Both the position numbers and the translations under genes were made by a program. The notes under the pieces are model-generated. The model did no database searches. It was not told the DNA's origin and was given only the letters and a program-made list of their open reading frames with translations. DNA of 61,070 bases, taken from contig JAWODM010000045.1 in NCBI GenBank assembly GCA_046483305.1, positions 1 to 61,070 on the forward strand, in the 5' to 3' direction. Positions 59,724 through 61,070 of this stretch are shown one piece after another. Each line of letters starts with the position of its first letter. The first letter of the stretch is position 1. The stretch is from Candidatus Krumholzibacteriales bacterium (GTDB lineage: Bacteria > Krumholzibacteriota > Krumholzibacteriia > Krumholzibacteriales > WJIX01).

Positions 59724-60959
59724 TCAAACAGTAACCTTCAGCTTCCTGGAAGCTATCAGGATAAAGGCGGCTCCGAACAGAAGGAGCACCAGGATGTGGA
59801 ATTTGATCGCTCCGAATCCGTAGCCGAACGATATGATTCTGTGAATTCCGTTCATCGCCCAGCCGGTGGGGAGCATGAAGGCGATGATCCTGAACGGCCT
59901 GGAGAGAACTTCCAGGGGCCACCAGCAGCCTCCCAGGGAAGCCATCACCAAGGTGGTAAGTATCGCTATACCTTCCAGCTTCTCGGGATCACTGAACAGG
60001 GATCCGAACAGGATCGAGAAAGAGCCGGTGCAGAAGGCAAACGCTGTCATCAGAACTATCAGCGCCGGGTAGGAGCTGCCCAGCCTTATCCCGAAGATGA
60101 ATCTTCCGGCGGCCAGAAGGACCAGTATCTGAACCCCTGCCACCGCCATCCTTCCGAACAGTTTCCCCAGTATGATCTCCCCCCTGCTCACCGGGCTCAC
60201 CGCCACTCTCTTCAGCAGCCCGCTCACCCTCTCCTGAACCAGCGCGGCCCCGCTGAACACCATCCCCATCAGCACGAACATTACCAGGCTCCCCGGCACC
60301 GATCCCTGAAAACCGGTGGGGATATACTGCCTCTTCCCTGCCAGCCCGGATTTGACGGTAACCACCGGTTCCCTGCTAAGCAGGGTATCAACCCTGCTTT
60401 CATAACTCTGCATGATATTCGCGCGGCCTGCTGAGAGGGCCATCAGGGAGCCGCAGACCGAATCGCCCTCCACGGTAAACCTGGCATCCCCTCTCTTCAC
60501 CTCTTCAGCCTCCAGTTCTATGACCACCGCGCCGGTTCGGGCCATTGCCCTGATGATAGCCGCTTCAGCGGCTATCCCCGCTTCGAAATGGGAGCTCTTT
60601 TCCTTTCTCAGGACCAGCTCGGCCGGTTCCCGGGATAGAACCCTGTCGGTAAAATCTTCCGGAATGATCAGGGTCCTTACCGGATTCCCCCCTTCGGCGA
60701 GAGAATCCGAATCGATCAGGTAGAGATTTTCGTCCGCCAGCCCGGAGACCAGCTCCGCGCCCAGAAATCCCCGGTCGTCGTTCTGAACGGTGATGGTGGT
60801 CTTTGGAATCCCGCCTCCTCCGCCGCTTATCGAACCAAAGAAGAACATGAAGGCAAGGGGCATCAGTAATATCCAGATCACCAGGCTCTTCTCCTTCACC
60901 GTGATCCTGATATCACCGGCTGTCACATTCTTTATTCTCTCCAGGCGTCCTGTTTTCAT
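59724..60959 (-). CDS. ABC-2 type transporter permease
   Basis: ERVSGLLKR, ILGK, LGGCWWP and LPTGWAM motifs. Confidence 0.9.
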   Translation of the reverse strand: MKTGRLERIKNVTAGDIRITVKEKSLVIWILLMPLAFMFFFGSISGGGGGIPKTTITVQNDDRGFLGAELVSGLADENLYLIDSDSLAEGGNPVRTLIIPEDFTDRVLSREPAELVLRKEKSSHFEAGIAAEAAIIRAMARTGAVVIELEAEEVKRGDARFTVEGDSVCGSLMALSAGRANIMQSYESRVDTLLSREPVVTVKSGLAGKRQYIPTGFQGSVPGSLVMFVLMGMVFSGAALVQERVSGLLKRVAVSPVSRGEIILGKLFGRMAVAGVQILVLLAAGRFIFGIRLGSSYPALIVLMTAFAFCTGSFSILFGSLFSDPEKLEGIAILTTLVMASLGGCWWPLEVLSRPFRIIAFMLPTGWAMNGIHRIISFGYGFGAIKFHILVLLLFGAAFILIASRKLKVTV

Positions 60960-60965
60960 CGGTTT

Positions 60966-61070
60966 CTAATTCCTCCTGACCAGTTTTCTCTCTATCAGGA
61001 ATCCCCCGGGAAGGAGAGTGGCCAGCCCCACTCCGTAACATACCAGCACAGAAGTGATTATATCCCCTAG
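60966..61070 (-). CDS. 3' end of an upstream membrane protein, probably a second ABC permease (partial)
   Basis: Manual translation LGDIITSVLVCYGVGLATLLPGGFLIERKLVRRN*, ending 6 nt before the permease start. Confidence 0.6.
   Translation of the reverse strand, partial: LGDIITSVLVCYGVGLATLLPGGFLIERKLVRRN

Noticed and set aside
1..61070. tRNA, rRNA and riboswitch candidates
   Set aside because: No cloverleaf with a T-loop or known riboswitch consensus was recognised by eye. tRNAscan-SE and Infernal were not run.

Overview
A GC-rich (roughly mid-50s %, estimated by eye) bacterial chromosome segment from a diderm, probably anaerobic organism. It carries lnt, an Omp85 protein, tatC, Fe-S proteins and four sigma54 activators; this content suggests an uncultured FCB-associated lineage, which is inference only. 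Housekeeping genes include pcm, an AlaX-like editing protein, lnt, purM, argS, rsfS, tatC, nrdR, dCMP deaminase, glyA, rpiB and ilvE. Signalling genes are abundant: a PP2C phosphatase, two STAS proteins, an HD-GYP protein and four sigma54 activators. A ~3 kb AT-rich islet (27.6-30.7 kb) is bounded by a 13-bp direct repeat and holds IS remnants and small secreted proteins. The best candidate for an undescribed system is at 8.56-11.8 kb. A 110-aa secreted pro-peptide-like gene is translationally coupled to a TPR-AAA+-HTH sigma54 activator. Downstream lie an enhancer-like inverted repeat, a -24/-12 promoter and a ~135-nt two-hairpin RNA with C-rich loops, suggesting a peptide > sigma54 activator > sRNA circuit. 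A second candidate is a histidine kinase whose extracellular sensor is an FG-GAP/ASPIC-UnbV propeller, paired with an atypical sigma54 response regulator. No rRNA, tRNA or CRISPR array was recognised. All family assignments come from motif recognition by eye, not from database searches.
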